Assembly: GCA_050084985.1 (NCBI GenBank)
Contig: JBITNC010000001.1
Coordinates: forward strand, 138,384,001 to 138,448,000
Reading direction: 5' to 3'
Length of the DNA stretch: 64,000 nucleotides
Origin: Nageia nagi
Taxonomy: Eukaryota > Plantae > Pinophyta
Shown: positions 38,101 to 49,322 of the stretch, one piece after another
How positions within the stretch are numbered: position 1 is the stretch's first letter
Layout of the letters: each line of letters opens with the position of its first letter
Position numbers and translations under genes: made by a program
The notes under the pieces: generated by a model
The model's database searches: none
The model's input: the letters and a program-made list of their open reading frames with translations, nothing else
Told to the model about the DNA's origin: nothing

Positions 38101-41090
38101 TTGGAATATTGTAGGTGACATGTTGTGCATCACCTTCCTTATGTACTTTGTTTTTTTATAACAAAAACCTTTTTGTTAGGTGCGTCCCATTTAGAAAAAA
38201 ACTTACTGGAGAAGTACCTATATAATATTTTGTTGTTGTTATTGCTTTTATATTATTATTATTATTATTATTATTTTATTTTACTTATTTATCCCTTTTT
38301 TTGGGTGAGTTCTGGGTAGGGTTATGACAACTTGCAGTTTATTTTGGAAACAGATTTCTGCTAAGTTTGAAGATATTTGGTCTCTCAATCGTCTGTGTGT
38401 ATGACACTTATTTCAGTGTTTCAATTTGTTCATTTCTCTTGCTTGCAATGTTATTCGGAGGCTGATAATCTATTACTGTTTTCCTGGTGTTGCAGAAATG
38501 AAAGGCAGAGTAAGAGTCTTTGTGAGATGGAGGCCTTTAAGTAGAAAAGAGATAGCTGAGAATCAGAAAACTATTTTGACTGCAGTAGATGAATATACTT
38601 TAGAACATCCTTGGAAAGATGATAAGCCTAGGCAATATATTTTTGACCGTGTATTTGATGCAACATCTTCCCAAGAAGCTATCTTTAAGGATACACAGGT
38701 AGTCTATTGGTAACATGATGATCCAAGCAGTTCCTTATGTATGCAGGGCTTTTTTCTGCCTTGATTTATGACATTGTTTTTGTTTTTGAGATCTTAATTG
38801 GATTTAGATGATACAGATGTGCCTATAGATATGAAACTCTCAATTTTTAAATTTGTTAGGCTGTTCTTACCTGCTTTCTCATTTCCATTACAATTGTATT
38901 GTATTCTCATGCTGGGTTTTTTGCATTCAGTATCTGGTACAATCAGCAGTAGATGGTTACAATGTATGTATATTTGCATATGGACAAACTGGATCTGGAA
39001 AGACATTTACTATTTATGGAACAGAGGATAATCCTGGATTGACTCCCAGAGCATTGCGAGAGCTATTTGATATCATAGAAAGAGATAAAAAGAAGTTTGA
39101 TTTCCAAATAAAGGTATTTCAGATTATTTGTGCATAGTGAACTATATGGATGGATATAGTGCAAAAATCTTTACCAACCTAACAGATTATATTTGTTCTC
39201 TTTCAGGTGTACATGCTGGAGCTTTATCTAGATAGCCTAGTGGATTTGCTTCTGCCTAAAAAGAAGCCAAATGTAACTCTTAGTATTAAGAAGGATACAA
39301 AGGTAAGTCTGCAATATTATGAGTATCTCATGGACTATGATCATGTGAGTGCCGATCAGAATGTTTGCAACTTAAGGATTAAACATCTTATTATAACATT
39401 GTCTATACAGGGAGTAGTAACTGTTGAAAATTGTACAATTCTTCCGGTTGATTCTTTAGAAGAGATGGAACATATAATTGCAAAAGGTCAAGAAAGACGC
39501 CATGTAGCTGAAACTAATATGAATGAAGAAAGTTCAAGATCCCATTTGATTCTTTCTGTGATGCTAGATTGCACCACTAAGCAAACCCAACTCCAGACTA
39601 AAGGAAAGGTTTATACTTCTTTAAATCTCTTCTGAAATAAAAGTTTTGCATTTTATTCTTGATGTGATGTTTAGGTGATCTTTGTCCATGCCCTTTTTGA
39701 AACAAGCATGGTTGGGCCCATCTTCTCTTAAGGGTATAATAAGGAGGTTTCTCTTGGCTTCTGTCCAATGCTAATTCATTCAAGTCTTTCCCCTGAATAC
39801 AGTCATTCTCCTGTGTGTTGGTGTAATTCTTATAATCTGGATGTGGAAATATCTAATCATCATACACCTTGTGTTCGATGCCATTCAATGGGCAACAATT
39901 TGTTGTTTTTTGTTAATTTACTATATGATGATTCTTTTTGCAACCGCACTGTCTCTAGTTTTCTGACATGGTGATTTTGGAGTATGAATTTTCTTAGTAC
40001 ATAGTAGTCTTGAAGACTTTGCACCTATTTAATCAGGTAGCATTTACATTGTTGATTTTCACATGCTATTCAAAACATAGTTTTGTATTGTACTTCAGAT
40101 TAGTTATTCTTAGTCTTGTTTTCCCTTAAGTGCAACCTTGATCTAAAACAACGATTTGTTCACACTTGTTTTCAATTATCAAGTCCAATTGATCTATTTT
40201 GGTCTTTCTTAGACATGAATAGAACATGTTGCTTTCTGATCCTATCATACTAATCTTCCTGAATGGGGTTTTTGACCTTTATTTTTCCATGTCTCATATT
40301 TGTTGAGTTTGCATTTGGCTGGATATGTATTAACAACTCTCATCAAGTATTATGTACTCTCCACTGATTATTATTTTCACTAAAAGATAACAATATCTTA
40401 ACTGAATATAATTTTAAAATGCTGTGATGCTAAAAGTTCACTTCTTACAGTGAAGGAAAGAGTGCCTCACATTTTGATTCTTAATGATTTGTCCAATTTC
40501 TTACAGCTAAGTTTTGTGGATCTAGCTGGGTCTGAGAGGGTGAAAAAGTCAGGAGTGAGTGGAGATGCATTGAAAGAGGCTCAAAGCATCAACAAGTCTC
40601 TTTCTTGTTTGGGTGATGTTATCAGTGCTTTAGCTTTTGAGGGGCAACACATACCCTATAGAAATTCAAAACTCACCATGCTTATGAGCGATTCGTTGGG
40701 TGGAAATGCAAAGACACTCATGTTTGTCAATGTATCTCCTGCTGAATCCAATTTGGAGGAGACACACAATTCACTTAAGTACGTATATCCATCTTGCATA
40801 TATTATTCTTCAAAAACCTTTCAAATTGACAAATGACTTTTGGAATTTTGGTTGGCAGCTATGCAGCTCGTGTAAAGTGCATACAGAATGAGGCTGGAAA
40901 GAATATAAACTCCAAGGAGATAAACAGGCTTAACAAAATTATTCAGGACTTGATGCTTCAAAATAAAGGTAAGAAGATTGACAAAGTATGTGACGATATT
41001 CAAGATTCCAGAAGTACTCCCATGGATTCCAGGGAGGTTTCCAGGCAGACCAGGGATTCAGCCAAGAAGATTGATGCTAGTAAGGAGTAG
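4829..41090 (+). CDS. KCBP: Kinesin-like calmodulin-binding protein (KCBP/ZWICHEL, kinesin-14) homolog, 5'-partial; join(4829-5156,5377-5476,5620-5792,5964-6079,6499-6601,6782-6934,26988-27134,27237-27443,27539-27703,30090-30194,30405-30542,30637-30831,31129-31255,38496-38698,38931-39113,39207-39302,39411-39608,40507-40778,40859-41090)
   Basis: Exons splice in phase with no stops (3241 nt). Colinear with the remembered Arabidopsis KCBP sequence: MyTH4 end (WELLYLC...GPR), FERM ([41 protein letters not shown]|[17 protein letters not shown]), coiled coil, motor ([33 protein letters not shown]); stop TAG at 41088-41090. Confidence 0.95.
5377..5476 (+). CDS. KCBP: KCBP exon (FERM)
   Basis: ttgcag|GAA...G|gtaag; [17 protein letters not shown] aligns to ELAGTIKLSAFSSFSLF. 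Confidence 0.88.
5620..5792 (+). CDS. KCBP: KCBP exon (FERM), followed by a GC donor
   Basis: [16 protein letters not shown]...[13 protein letters not shown]...LSYIQ|gcaagt. Confidence 0.9.
5964..6079 (+). CDS. KCBP: KCBP exon (FERM)
   Basis: tgtag|[26 protein letters not shown]...CG|gtaag. Confidence 0.92.
6499..6601 (+). CDS. KCBP: KCBP exon (FERM)
   Basis: tgtag|A...[27 protein letters not shown]...F|gtatg. Confidence 0.88.
6782..6934 (+). CDS. KCBP: KCBP exon (FERM)
   Basis: ctcag|[11 protein letters not shown]...[33 protein letters not shown]|gttagt. Confidence 0.93.
7150..9270 (+). mobile_element. Decayed hAT transposase (DUF659 plus dimerisation domain), middle replaced by unrelated sequence near 8060-8870
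   Basis: [15 protein letters not shown]...PLINVLV, VTNNA..., [33 protein letters not shown]; many stops and frameshifts. Confidence 0.85.
9453..9994 (-). repeat. 3' LTR of element A
   Basis: Direct repeat of 24970-25510; PPT adjacent. Confidence 0.93.
11419..19684 (-). mobile_element. Element C: full-length Ty3/gypsy Tat-type element with extra archaeal-type RNase H (gag-PR-RT-RH-aRH-INT)
   Basis: 774-bp LTRs 11419-12192 and 18911-19684; TSD TCCAT/TCCAC; PBS TGGTGAACTCGACATGA (tRNA-Trp-like from memory); [12 protein letters not shown]; RT YVDD; aRH MYFDG...[11 protein letters not shown]; INT HHCC and core; scattered stops. Confidence 0.92.
12490..12750. repeat. Degenerate ~38-bp tandem repeats in the 3' UTR of element C
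   Basis: Recurrent gagactc/aaactc...ccaagaggta/gca units. Confidence 0.65.
24970..25510 (-). repeat. 5' LTR of element A
   Basis: Direct repeat of 9453-9994; preceded on + by gatctgatacca (PBS). Confidence 0.93.
26988..27134 (+). CDS. KCBP: KCBP exon (FERM C-lobe)
   Basis: ttcag|[25 protein letters not shown]...TNQ|gtaac; continues the exon ending at 6934 across a 20,053-bp intron. Confidence 0.93.
27237..27443 (+). CDS. KCBP: KCBP exon (FERM end / stalk)
   Basis: tttag|[12 protein letters not shown]...[11 protein letters not shown]...DE|gtatg. Confidence 0.88.
27539..27703 (+). CDS. KCBP: KCBP exon (coiled coil)
   Basis: tgtag|[16 protein letters not shown]...EEKETDLQ|gtcac. Confidence 0.87.
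29238..29695. repeat. Near-perfect 226-bp tandem duplication in an intron
   Basis: Copies start at 29238 and 29464; CATGTG at all three junctions; one substitution seen. Confidence 0.95.
30090..30194 (+). CDS. KCBP: KCBP exon (coiled coil)
   Basis: aacag|EALANARIM...NLVSQ|gtaagt; 35 codons, phase 0-0. Confidence 0.78.
30405..30542 (+). CDS. KCBP: KCBP exon (coiled coil)
   Basis: aacag|[15 protein letters not shown]...EKGLLEQ...DE|gtgagg. Confidence 0.85.
30637..30831 (+). CDS. KCBP: KCBP exon (coiled coil); NAGNAG acceptor, alternative start 30634
   Basis: ttttagcag|[25 protein letters not shown]...EFRQ|gttag. Confidence 0.85.
31129..31255 (+). CDS. KCBP: KCBP exon (stalk/neck), followed by a GC donor
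   Basis: atcag|DVDQQNEHT...[18 protein letters not shown]|gcaagt. Confidence 0.9.
32150..38329 (-). mobile_element. Element D: truncated Tat-like element with gag and protease only, an LTR-like right end and an oppositely oriented accessory ORF remnant
   Basis: gag 36806-35766 ([27 protein letters not shown], similar to C); protease [10 protein letters not shown] 35711-35427; no RT/INT seen; terminus ...gggttatgACA at 38329; left boundary approximate. Confidence 0.65.
38496..38698 (+). CDS. KCBP: KCBP exon (motor start)
   Basis: tgcag|[16 protein letters not shown]...EHPWKDDK...FDRVFD...DTQ|gtag. Confidence 0.94.
38931..39113 (+). CDS. KCBP: KCBP exon (motor, P-loop)
   Basis: [30 protein letters not shown]. 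Confidence 0.96.
39207..39302 (+). CDS. KCBP: KCBP exon (motor)
   Basis: ttcag|[18 protein letters not shown]...KKDTK|gtaagt. Confidence 0.92.
39411..39608 (+). CDS. KCBP: KCBP exon (motor, switch I)
   Basis: tacag|GVVTVEN...[16 protein letters not shown]...KGK|gt. Confidence 0.94.
40507..40778 (+). CDS. KCBP: KCBP exon (motor, switch II / microtubule binding)
   Basis: [16 protein letters not shown]...[31 protein letters not shown]. Confidence 0.96.
40859..41090 (+). CDS. KCBP: KCBP last exon (neck mimic, regulatory helix, tail)
   Basis: ggcag|[29 protein letters not shown]...SKE*. Confidence 0.9.
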
Positions 41091-44000
41091 ATTTTACTTT
41101 AAAGCTCCTTGTCAATATCTTTTATCCAAATCTTAGTGGAAACTGCCTTATCTTCAGTTCCACTGAACTGCAAGTAATGTGTGCCTCGTATGGCAATCAT
41201 TCATTACAATCCATTTTTTTCTTCCTTGGCTGTTACATGAAAGCTCTCTATTGTTGTTGCAGTCACAATGAAATTCATTGTTCATTTGCATATAATGTAA
41301 TTTAAGGTTGATAATAATAAGAGTAGTATGCATATGGATATTCAAAATTCAAACTTCATCTTCTTTTTCCATTTCTAAATTGTGTGCAAGTTAAAAATGC
41401 AATGGAGGTTAGAACTATATGGATGAAACGAGTGAACTGAAACCGAAGATATCCACAATTTCATGAACTTGAACAACGAGGCTATTCAAGTGCATGAACG
41501 TTCAGCCACATTGTACTTCAAATTACCAAAATTAAGATATTTCTGCAGTCTATTATTTGGTTTCAAAGTTGTTCATTTGCAGATTAGTAAGTGGTATCAG
41601 AGCACAGCCATAAGAGCCGGGAGAGAGTTAGCAGAGTCCAGCAGTGCTGCTACTAGGGTTTGATTGCTGCGATCATTGCTTGGAAATAATTGGCCAATTT
41701 CTAACAGCCACGAGACTCGAAAGGAAGTTCACGTTGCAGTAGGACTAATTGCTAGTTTGCAGTAGGACTGCCAAATATGAAGCACATCCAAAGCCGAACC
41801 CTTTGCTTCTTTTTTGCTTTCACCCATTGCGGAAGCTGCAGCTTCGCTGATGAATTACTTTCAGTGAAAAGCGTACGACTCTTTCTCCATCTCTAGAAAA
41901 CAAAGTCCTCCTAACCTAGGCTTTCGCATTTTTCATTCCTGGGGAATATCAAGAGGCGACTAGGGTTTCATATTGTGCTCCCAGCTCTGGAAATCTGTGT
42001 CACCCTATATTAGAATAGCTAAGCATAGGCTTAGATTATTGGGTATTAAGCTTAGGGTGGTAACAGGTAAAGAAACCCAAATCCAATGAATCTATAAAAC
42101 ATATTCATTCTATTGCTAGAGAACATTCATGTGAGTAGCTGTGAATACAAATCCAACAGAGGAGTGTGAAAGTTTTAGAGCCATAGCATAAATGGCTTCT
42201 AACAATAATTCCTTACAATTACAAATCTCATTATTTAGTGGCAAAAATTATGATTTTTGGAGCACTCAAATGAAAATGTTGTTGAAAGACAATCGGAAAA
42301 AGGATCAAAAGGTCCCGTTTCAAATAATGGAGGGAGTTGAAAAGATCATATTTCTAAGAATTGCAGCAACAACAATATCAAAGCAAGCATGGAATACAAT
42401 GATCAATTCTTTCCAAGACACAAAAAAGCTAAAAATGGTGAGACTGTAGTTGTTAAGAAGAAGAGAATTTGAAAGTTTGTAAATGCATGAGGATGAGACC
42501 ATGAGTGAGTTTTTCACCTGAATAATGGGTATAATCAACCAAATGAAAATGACTGGTGAAGATGTTGAAGAACAAAGAATTGTTGAAAAGATTCTAAGAA
42601 GCTTACCAACAAAATATAATTTAGTAGCCATTGCCACTAAAGAATCAAAGACTTTGTCAGCTCTTTCTATGGATTAACTAATGGGCTTTTTACAAACTCA
42701 TGAGCAAAGGTTGAACCAATCATCACGAAGCAGGCATTCAAAACACAACTTTCATGCAAAGATAGTATAAAAAAGGGAGAACACCATAAAGATCTTCAAG
42801 TTTTCATGGAAGGAGAGGGAAAAATAATAGAAGTAGAGGTGGTACATGCCTTAGAAGATGAGGAAGAATGAATTACTCAAACAAAGAAGAATCGATAATA
42901 ATTATTATCAATTAAGATGTAGAGGCAACAACAAATATTAACAAGGAGGCTCGAATCAAATGTATGACAAGTTTAAAATCCAATGTCATTACTACAAAAA
43001 TTAGGACATTATATTCATGAATGTAGAAAAAGAATGTCTAAGGAAAGCAAGGAACAAACCCACTACACTAATGGCAATGAGAAATGTTAGAATTATAATG
43101 TTATTTAGGACATTGTGTAATTAATATGCTTAGCATATTAATAATCACCTAAATTTGGTTATTAGTTGATAATAAGGTTCATGCATGATGGGTGGAATAG
43201 TATTCTCCACCCAACTTAAAATAATATTGTTAGATGGAATAGTGTCTCCACTAACAATTAAATGTAATTCTATATTATAACTTAGGGTTAACTAACCTAT
43301 TATGGTTAGATTAGTTAACTACCTAAGGTTAGTTTTGAGTTCTATAAAGGAGCTTATATTTATGAAGATTTGTAAAAAAATGAAAATGGAAAGTTGTTAA
43401 TATAGATCTTAGTTAGTAAGGTCTTAAGCATGCAAGCTATGCTTCATGCTAAGGAGTCATGGTTGAGATCCATGAGTGTACATTATTTAAGAGTATAGTG
43501 AAAAGGAGACCTAAAGTGGAATACTCGATGTGATGGAAGAACCACTATACATCTTGTGTTATTATGTGAGAATACTTCTTGAGTTTTTAGTTTAAAATGA
43601 TTGATTGCTATATTTGATAAAAGATCCTACAAGTGTTCTTGGGTTATGAAATCCTTCAATTCCATCAAATGGTATTAGAGCTTTCTTGTGGGATCTCCTC
43701 CAAACTTCAACTTGAAAATTTGAGGTAACTCACCTCAAATTAAGGTATATCTATACTCTTATCTTGTTTCAAATTTTATTTGAAGCTTAAATGGTTAGTC
43801 CATTTCAATTTCTTATTTTTAAAATTGAATCTTGATGTTTATACTCACATGCTTTATTTGAGAATAATGGGCTAAAATTTAAGGTAACATTATTGCCTTA
43901 GTGACATGTTAGTAGTATTTCTTGTTTGCTAAATCTAACACATGTTATAAAGTTAGCTTGCAAATCTTATGATTTTGAGCCTAACATGTTTTAGTTCATC

Positions 44001-45789
44001 TTATTGTGATCTTTTTCAAATTTGAGCTCCATCATCTTGAGGTAACTCTTATTTAAGATTTATTTTTAAAGACCTATACTAATTTTGTTTATGTTAGATT
44101 AATGGTGCTAAAATCTAACATTTTATGTTAATTGCATATTAGTAGTTTAAAAGCTGCAATTTTTTTTACAATATTTGTTACTAATAAAAAAATTGTAAAT
44201 AATACTATCTTAAAGAAATGAAGAGGATAATTATCCATCTTTGAGTAAGTTTGCTTAATATATAGCATTATTATTTGTATTTTTTTTTTAAAGGAAGGAG
44301 GAAGATCGTATATTTTTTTATATGCATTTTATTAAGCAATTTTAAATATGTTATGAAAAATAGGAGGAAGCATTATTAAAAATAAATAAATTTGAAAAAG
44401 CATTTTGTAGCAAATTATCATAGATTTTATAGAAGGATTGTGTTAGCTGTGAGGAAGTTGTATAAGCTTCCAATTCCATGAGTCGCCTCCATTAGAGATT
44501 GCATGACTCAAGTTTGGGCATTTTTGTCCCCCTTCTATCTTTCTATTTCACCCCCCTTCTTGTGAGTTTTTTTTTCCAAAAAGGGGTAATGACAGTACTA
44601 GATTTGGATCTGAGGCATTTGAGATTCTCAACATGACTCACCCTAGCTACCATCTTCACCTTGACCATGGCTTATGGCCTTATGCGATGATTGATCCCCC
44701 TCAAGGCTCGATCCTATTGGAGTTGATGACTCATCGATCCCATCATAGTCATTATGGTCTTATCTACTTTGAGCCATGCATTTATTGTAGATGGAGATGG
44801 TCATTCCAAGGTTTGATCTCGCGGCTAGCCACACCATGATAACTTGGCAAACTCGGCACAACAAGCTCTACAAGTGCTACATCACCAAAAAATTTGCACC
44901 ATGGACTTTCACATCGCATTACTGATAAAGACTTGCATCATCTGACTCATAGTACATTCTTACTACCATTCATAAAGCTTGCATTCCTTCATGATTCTCT
45001 CCCCTACACAACACCTTCTACACCAAGATCTAGGATTCAAACTCATGTCGCTTTTCTTCTCCATTTCTTATCATTCTTTCTATTGGAACTCCATGTGATA
45101 TTCCTTGAAACCCCAAATGAAATCTTGCAAGAATTAAGTGATGTGAAGTCTACAGATCAAATTCTTTGCTAAGCTCCTCGACTTTGTCACTGTTAGACTG
45201 AAAATTATATAGTATTTGCAAAAAAACATGAGGACTTAGGAGGATATGAATAGTGGTAGCTTGAGGGAGAAGGTGGATCTTAGCTTTGACCTTTAGGGAA
45301 AGCACCAAGTGTGCATAGTTTCTTACATATTTTAGAGACAAATTTTCATTCAAACCCTCGAATCCTTCTTGCATATTCAAGATGCCTTAGTAATTTCCAC
45401 ATGGACAATTCACCCTAGTATGGTTAATGGAGAGTAGGTACCATGTGAAATTTGCATGGCCTCTCTGAATTTTTTTGCTATTGCTCCCTCACTATGCCTA
45501 CTTTACATTTCGCAATGACATTGATAGGGCATCTAATATCCAAGTAGCCCATCCTAAAGTATAGTGACTACTGGATGGTAGCTGGTATGCCATCAATTAT
45601 TTTTAAATTCCCTCAGTAGGAGTCCCTATGATAAATGGTAGCTATAAAATTATTTTTAACAACATGGAGTGGAATTTTTTTATTGTAAGGGGCTATTTGT
45701 TTTTACAAGGGACTTGGGCTCTTATGTAATTATACGCAACATTTTTTAATACAAGTAGTGCCAAAAGTGAGTAATATAAAATTGCCAAG

Positions 45790-46027
45790 TCAACAAATAG
45801 TTGGTGGAGGATTGACATGGGGTACATTAAAAAAAAATTCAACAAATAGATGGTGGAGGATTGACATGGGGTACATTAAAAAAAAAAAATCAACAAATAG
45901 TTGGTGGAAGATTGACATGGGGTACATTAAAAAAAATCAACAAATAGTTGGTGGAGGATTGACATGGGGTACATTAAAAAAAAATCAACAAATAGTTGGT
46001 GGAGGATTGACATGGGGTACATTAAAA
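45790..46027. repeat. Minisatellite, 5 x ~47-51 bp (caacaaatagttggtggaggattgacatggggtacatt(a)n)
   Basis: Units at 45791, 45840, 45891, 45938, 45986, differing mainly in A-run length. Confidence 0.95.
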
Positions 46028-49000
46028 TATTTTAATAGAAACTTTAAAATAGAGATACATGGTTATGTGGTATCCTATGCTAACTATTTTTAAGTGGGCA
46101 TTCACTATTTTTAATAGTGATATTAAAAAAATATTTCTTATATACAAAGTAGCAATATTTTTTTTTGAAGGTACATTTTTTTACTTATGGAGGCAAAATT
46201 AATGGAGATTATTTTATTATTTATTTATTCACACCATAAAATTATTTAAATGTGAAATATTTAAATACAAAACACATTAGTGGATTAAAATTCATGCACT
46301 CTCGTGAGACCCCTTTAACACATGCATTTTTTAATCCTTTATTATGCCAAAGAACAAGGGGGAGGATGCATTAAATCTTATATTGTGCTAAAAATATGTA
46401 TAATTAAAAATTAATTATTTTGTATACTAATCCATAGTTGACTAATCTTTGCTTGTAAAATTTAGCACTAACTATGAATTCATGGATTACACTTATACAA
46501 ATAAGTACTATCTATATTGCATTATTATGTTTTATGTGGAATTTTATCCAATAAATAATTTGGTACAAGATAGAAGCAAAAATTATATTTATTAATTTTA
46601 CAAAGTTCCACTCACATGCCCAAGTGGATAGCTAAAATAAGTAGAATCTTCAGCATGATCAAGAGAGTTAGAGTTAGAACTCTCAAGATCTGTGACAAGC
46701 GAAGTGGGTATATTGAATAAAGCAGCATGAGTGATCCAAGAGAAACGACACTTGATACCAAAAAATAGATAGTACACCCATTGATCCCCTTCTTAAGTTA
46801 GTCGTAAAACATAAGTGGACTCCCAATGAAGATCTTATCACCATATTGTAAATGTAATGGTATAAGGGTGGTAGTACTCATGAGGATGCAACATGTTAGG
46901 ATCTGCATAATGTAGAAAATGGAAAACAAAAGGTGTTCAAAAATAGTAAAGGATGATCTTCCATGTTCAGTTTGAATGATAGATAAATGTGATTATGAGA
47001 TGCAATTGCTCGGTATCCTTTAAATGATGGATAACATAGATGGCCCATCGAAGGAGAATTCGATGACTCTGTATGCAAACTAGGTTCTATTGTAAAGCAA
47101 TTTGCAATGCAGTGCAAGCACGTTGTATGACTCAACCTTGAATACATCGATAAAGAACTTAGGGAAGATTAGCATGAAGACCTTGAAAAATATTCATATC
47201 CATGATGAATGATAAGTGATTCAAATCTCTTTGAGGGTTTCATACATAAGTGAAAGTGATGGTGATCAAATAGAATAAAATGAACTTATAGAATTACAAA
47301 ATAACTAGATCATCGCTCATAAATAAAAATATCAAAATGGATCAACCATGCAAGCATAATAATCAATATGATCATGTACTTTATTAAAATGCTAGAAAAG
47401 ATTCCCATTGATAAGCCTAAGTGGGTGGCGCTTACGGCATGATTAATGCTAGTCTGATGAATGATCACCAGAATTAGAAGAATTAGCATCATCTTTAGAT
47501 ATGTGTCCAATCTTAAAATATATTGATGTGAAAAAGATGAAAAGTGATAAGAAAAAGAAAATTGGTGATATAAAATACGATGTCCACTTCGCCAAGCAAC
47601 GTAAAAAGAGTATGTGAATGACCATTGTAGCCTATGTTGATGAACTACCCATGTAATAGTGAGTGGTTCGAAATACTCCTATGGATGTAGAGAAGGTGGT
47701 TTGATGTAGCTTATGAATTGCAACAGATAGCAATTAAATGAGGTATAAACCATTATACGCCATGTCCAATTAGGTCGAATGAGCAAATAAAATAATCGAT
47801 AAATATAATCCTCATGATTGAGATGCAAAATCATGCAAATACCATAATAATCATCTAGGTACAATTGAAAAAAATTAGTCACTATTGCAATAAAACCTTA
47901 GAGGCAATCGAAGTGCAATTTTCTAAAGCTACATGAACACTTTGATGCACTATGTTATCCTAAAGATCGCTTGATAGGGTATGAAACTGAGAAACATCTA
48001 TGAAGGATAACTAAAAATAAAAGATTTTAACTCAAATTATAAATGCAAAGCATCGAATGATAAGTGAAGATCATTTACAGCTATTTATAATGCATATGAT
48101 TTGAAATAATCAAACTATAATAATTATAACAATTGGAGAAAAGGATTCATTAGACAATGAATATGCGATAATAAAATATCTCACCTACTACTCATGTAAT
48201 TGATTGATGTCTTACACATCATATCATGTTAAGATGGTAATAATGATAGTACCATTAAGTTGCGTAATAACTAAGAAATCATTATGCTATTTTTCTCTTA
48301 TCTTGACTCTTAAATTGGATAGTTTAATCATGAGCGATAGGTTGATCATCATGACTTCTCTAGAGAATTTTATTACACATATGGGAAGTTCTTTCTTAAG
48401 TTCTGATAAGGAAATAAACATATGGGAAGACTTAGAGAATGCTTACCTTTGCCATGAACTAGTTGTAATAAAGGCCAAGATGGAGATAATGGCTCATCAT
48501 TATGATATGCTACAAAAACAAAAAGCTGTATGGGTATAGTATTACCATGAAATCTTGGTTGAGCATAGTAAACTACTAGTTGAGAAAAATATGTGGTAAT
48601 TACAAGCAAAAGAAAATGAGATACAAATTAGGTGCGATACCAGCAATAGCCATTATGGAATGCGATAATTAAAAGAAAAGTGAAAGAAAAGGGCCTTCCA
48701 ATATAAGGATATCCTTTGACACTTTGGTATTCACATTCTAAAGAAAATAGCATCTAAACTTTCTATGGGTTCTGCAGATGTTGGACTACAATCTCAATCA
48801 CAATAATCGAATCCTCTAGTATGGAATGGATTTTCTTACACAAAACCCACACATTCTTTATTCACCAAGCCCTTTTTTGAAGTAGGGTTGGTGAAATATT
48901 CCTCCAGGGGGAGTATTGGTTGAATTCTTTATTCGCTCTTATAATATGTATGCAAATTTTTTAAAATCCAAGCTTTTTTTTGCATTCTTGTTAACTGTTG

Positions 49001-49322
49001 ACTATAAATATTAGCTTGGCATTTTTGTGATGAATTATAGTGCAACCCAAATCCAAGCACCTTATTTCCAAAAGTAAGTTCTTGATGAAACAATTACAGC
49101 TCTATTCATCTATATTTTTTTACTTTCATGTTGGGAAGGTGGATCTATTTTGATGGATTATGTTGTATTGCTAAATCCAAGCATCTTTCATTGATGGATT
49201 TTGTTACATGCATCTTTCATTAACTTTATGCTATATAGTGTTGATTTTGTTGGACACCTTCATAGTAAGTTCACTTTGCATGAAGAACTTGTTGTACAAC
49301 TTTACCAATCTTGCATTATTCA

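Noticed and set aside
4829-41090. KCBP as a pseudogene or as two separate genes (FERM gene plus kinesin gene)
   Set aside because: All 19 exons join in phase without stops once the two GC donors are accepted.
41592-41603. tRNA-like sequence
   Set aside because: Only a 12-nt primer-binding site complementary to tRNA-iMet, not a tRNA gene; the same applies to the other PBS motifs.
45790-46027. CRISPR-like regular repeats and the 111-aa ORF 45758-46093
   Set aside because: No unique spacers (only A-run length varies), no cas genes, eukaryotic LTR interior; the ORF is a translation of the minisatellite.
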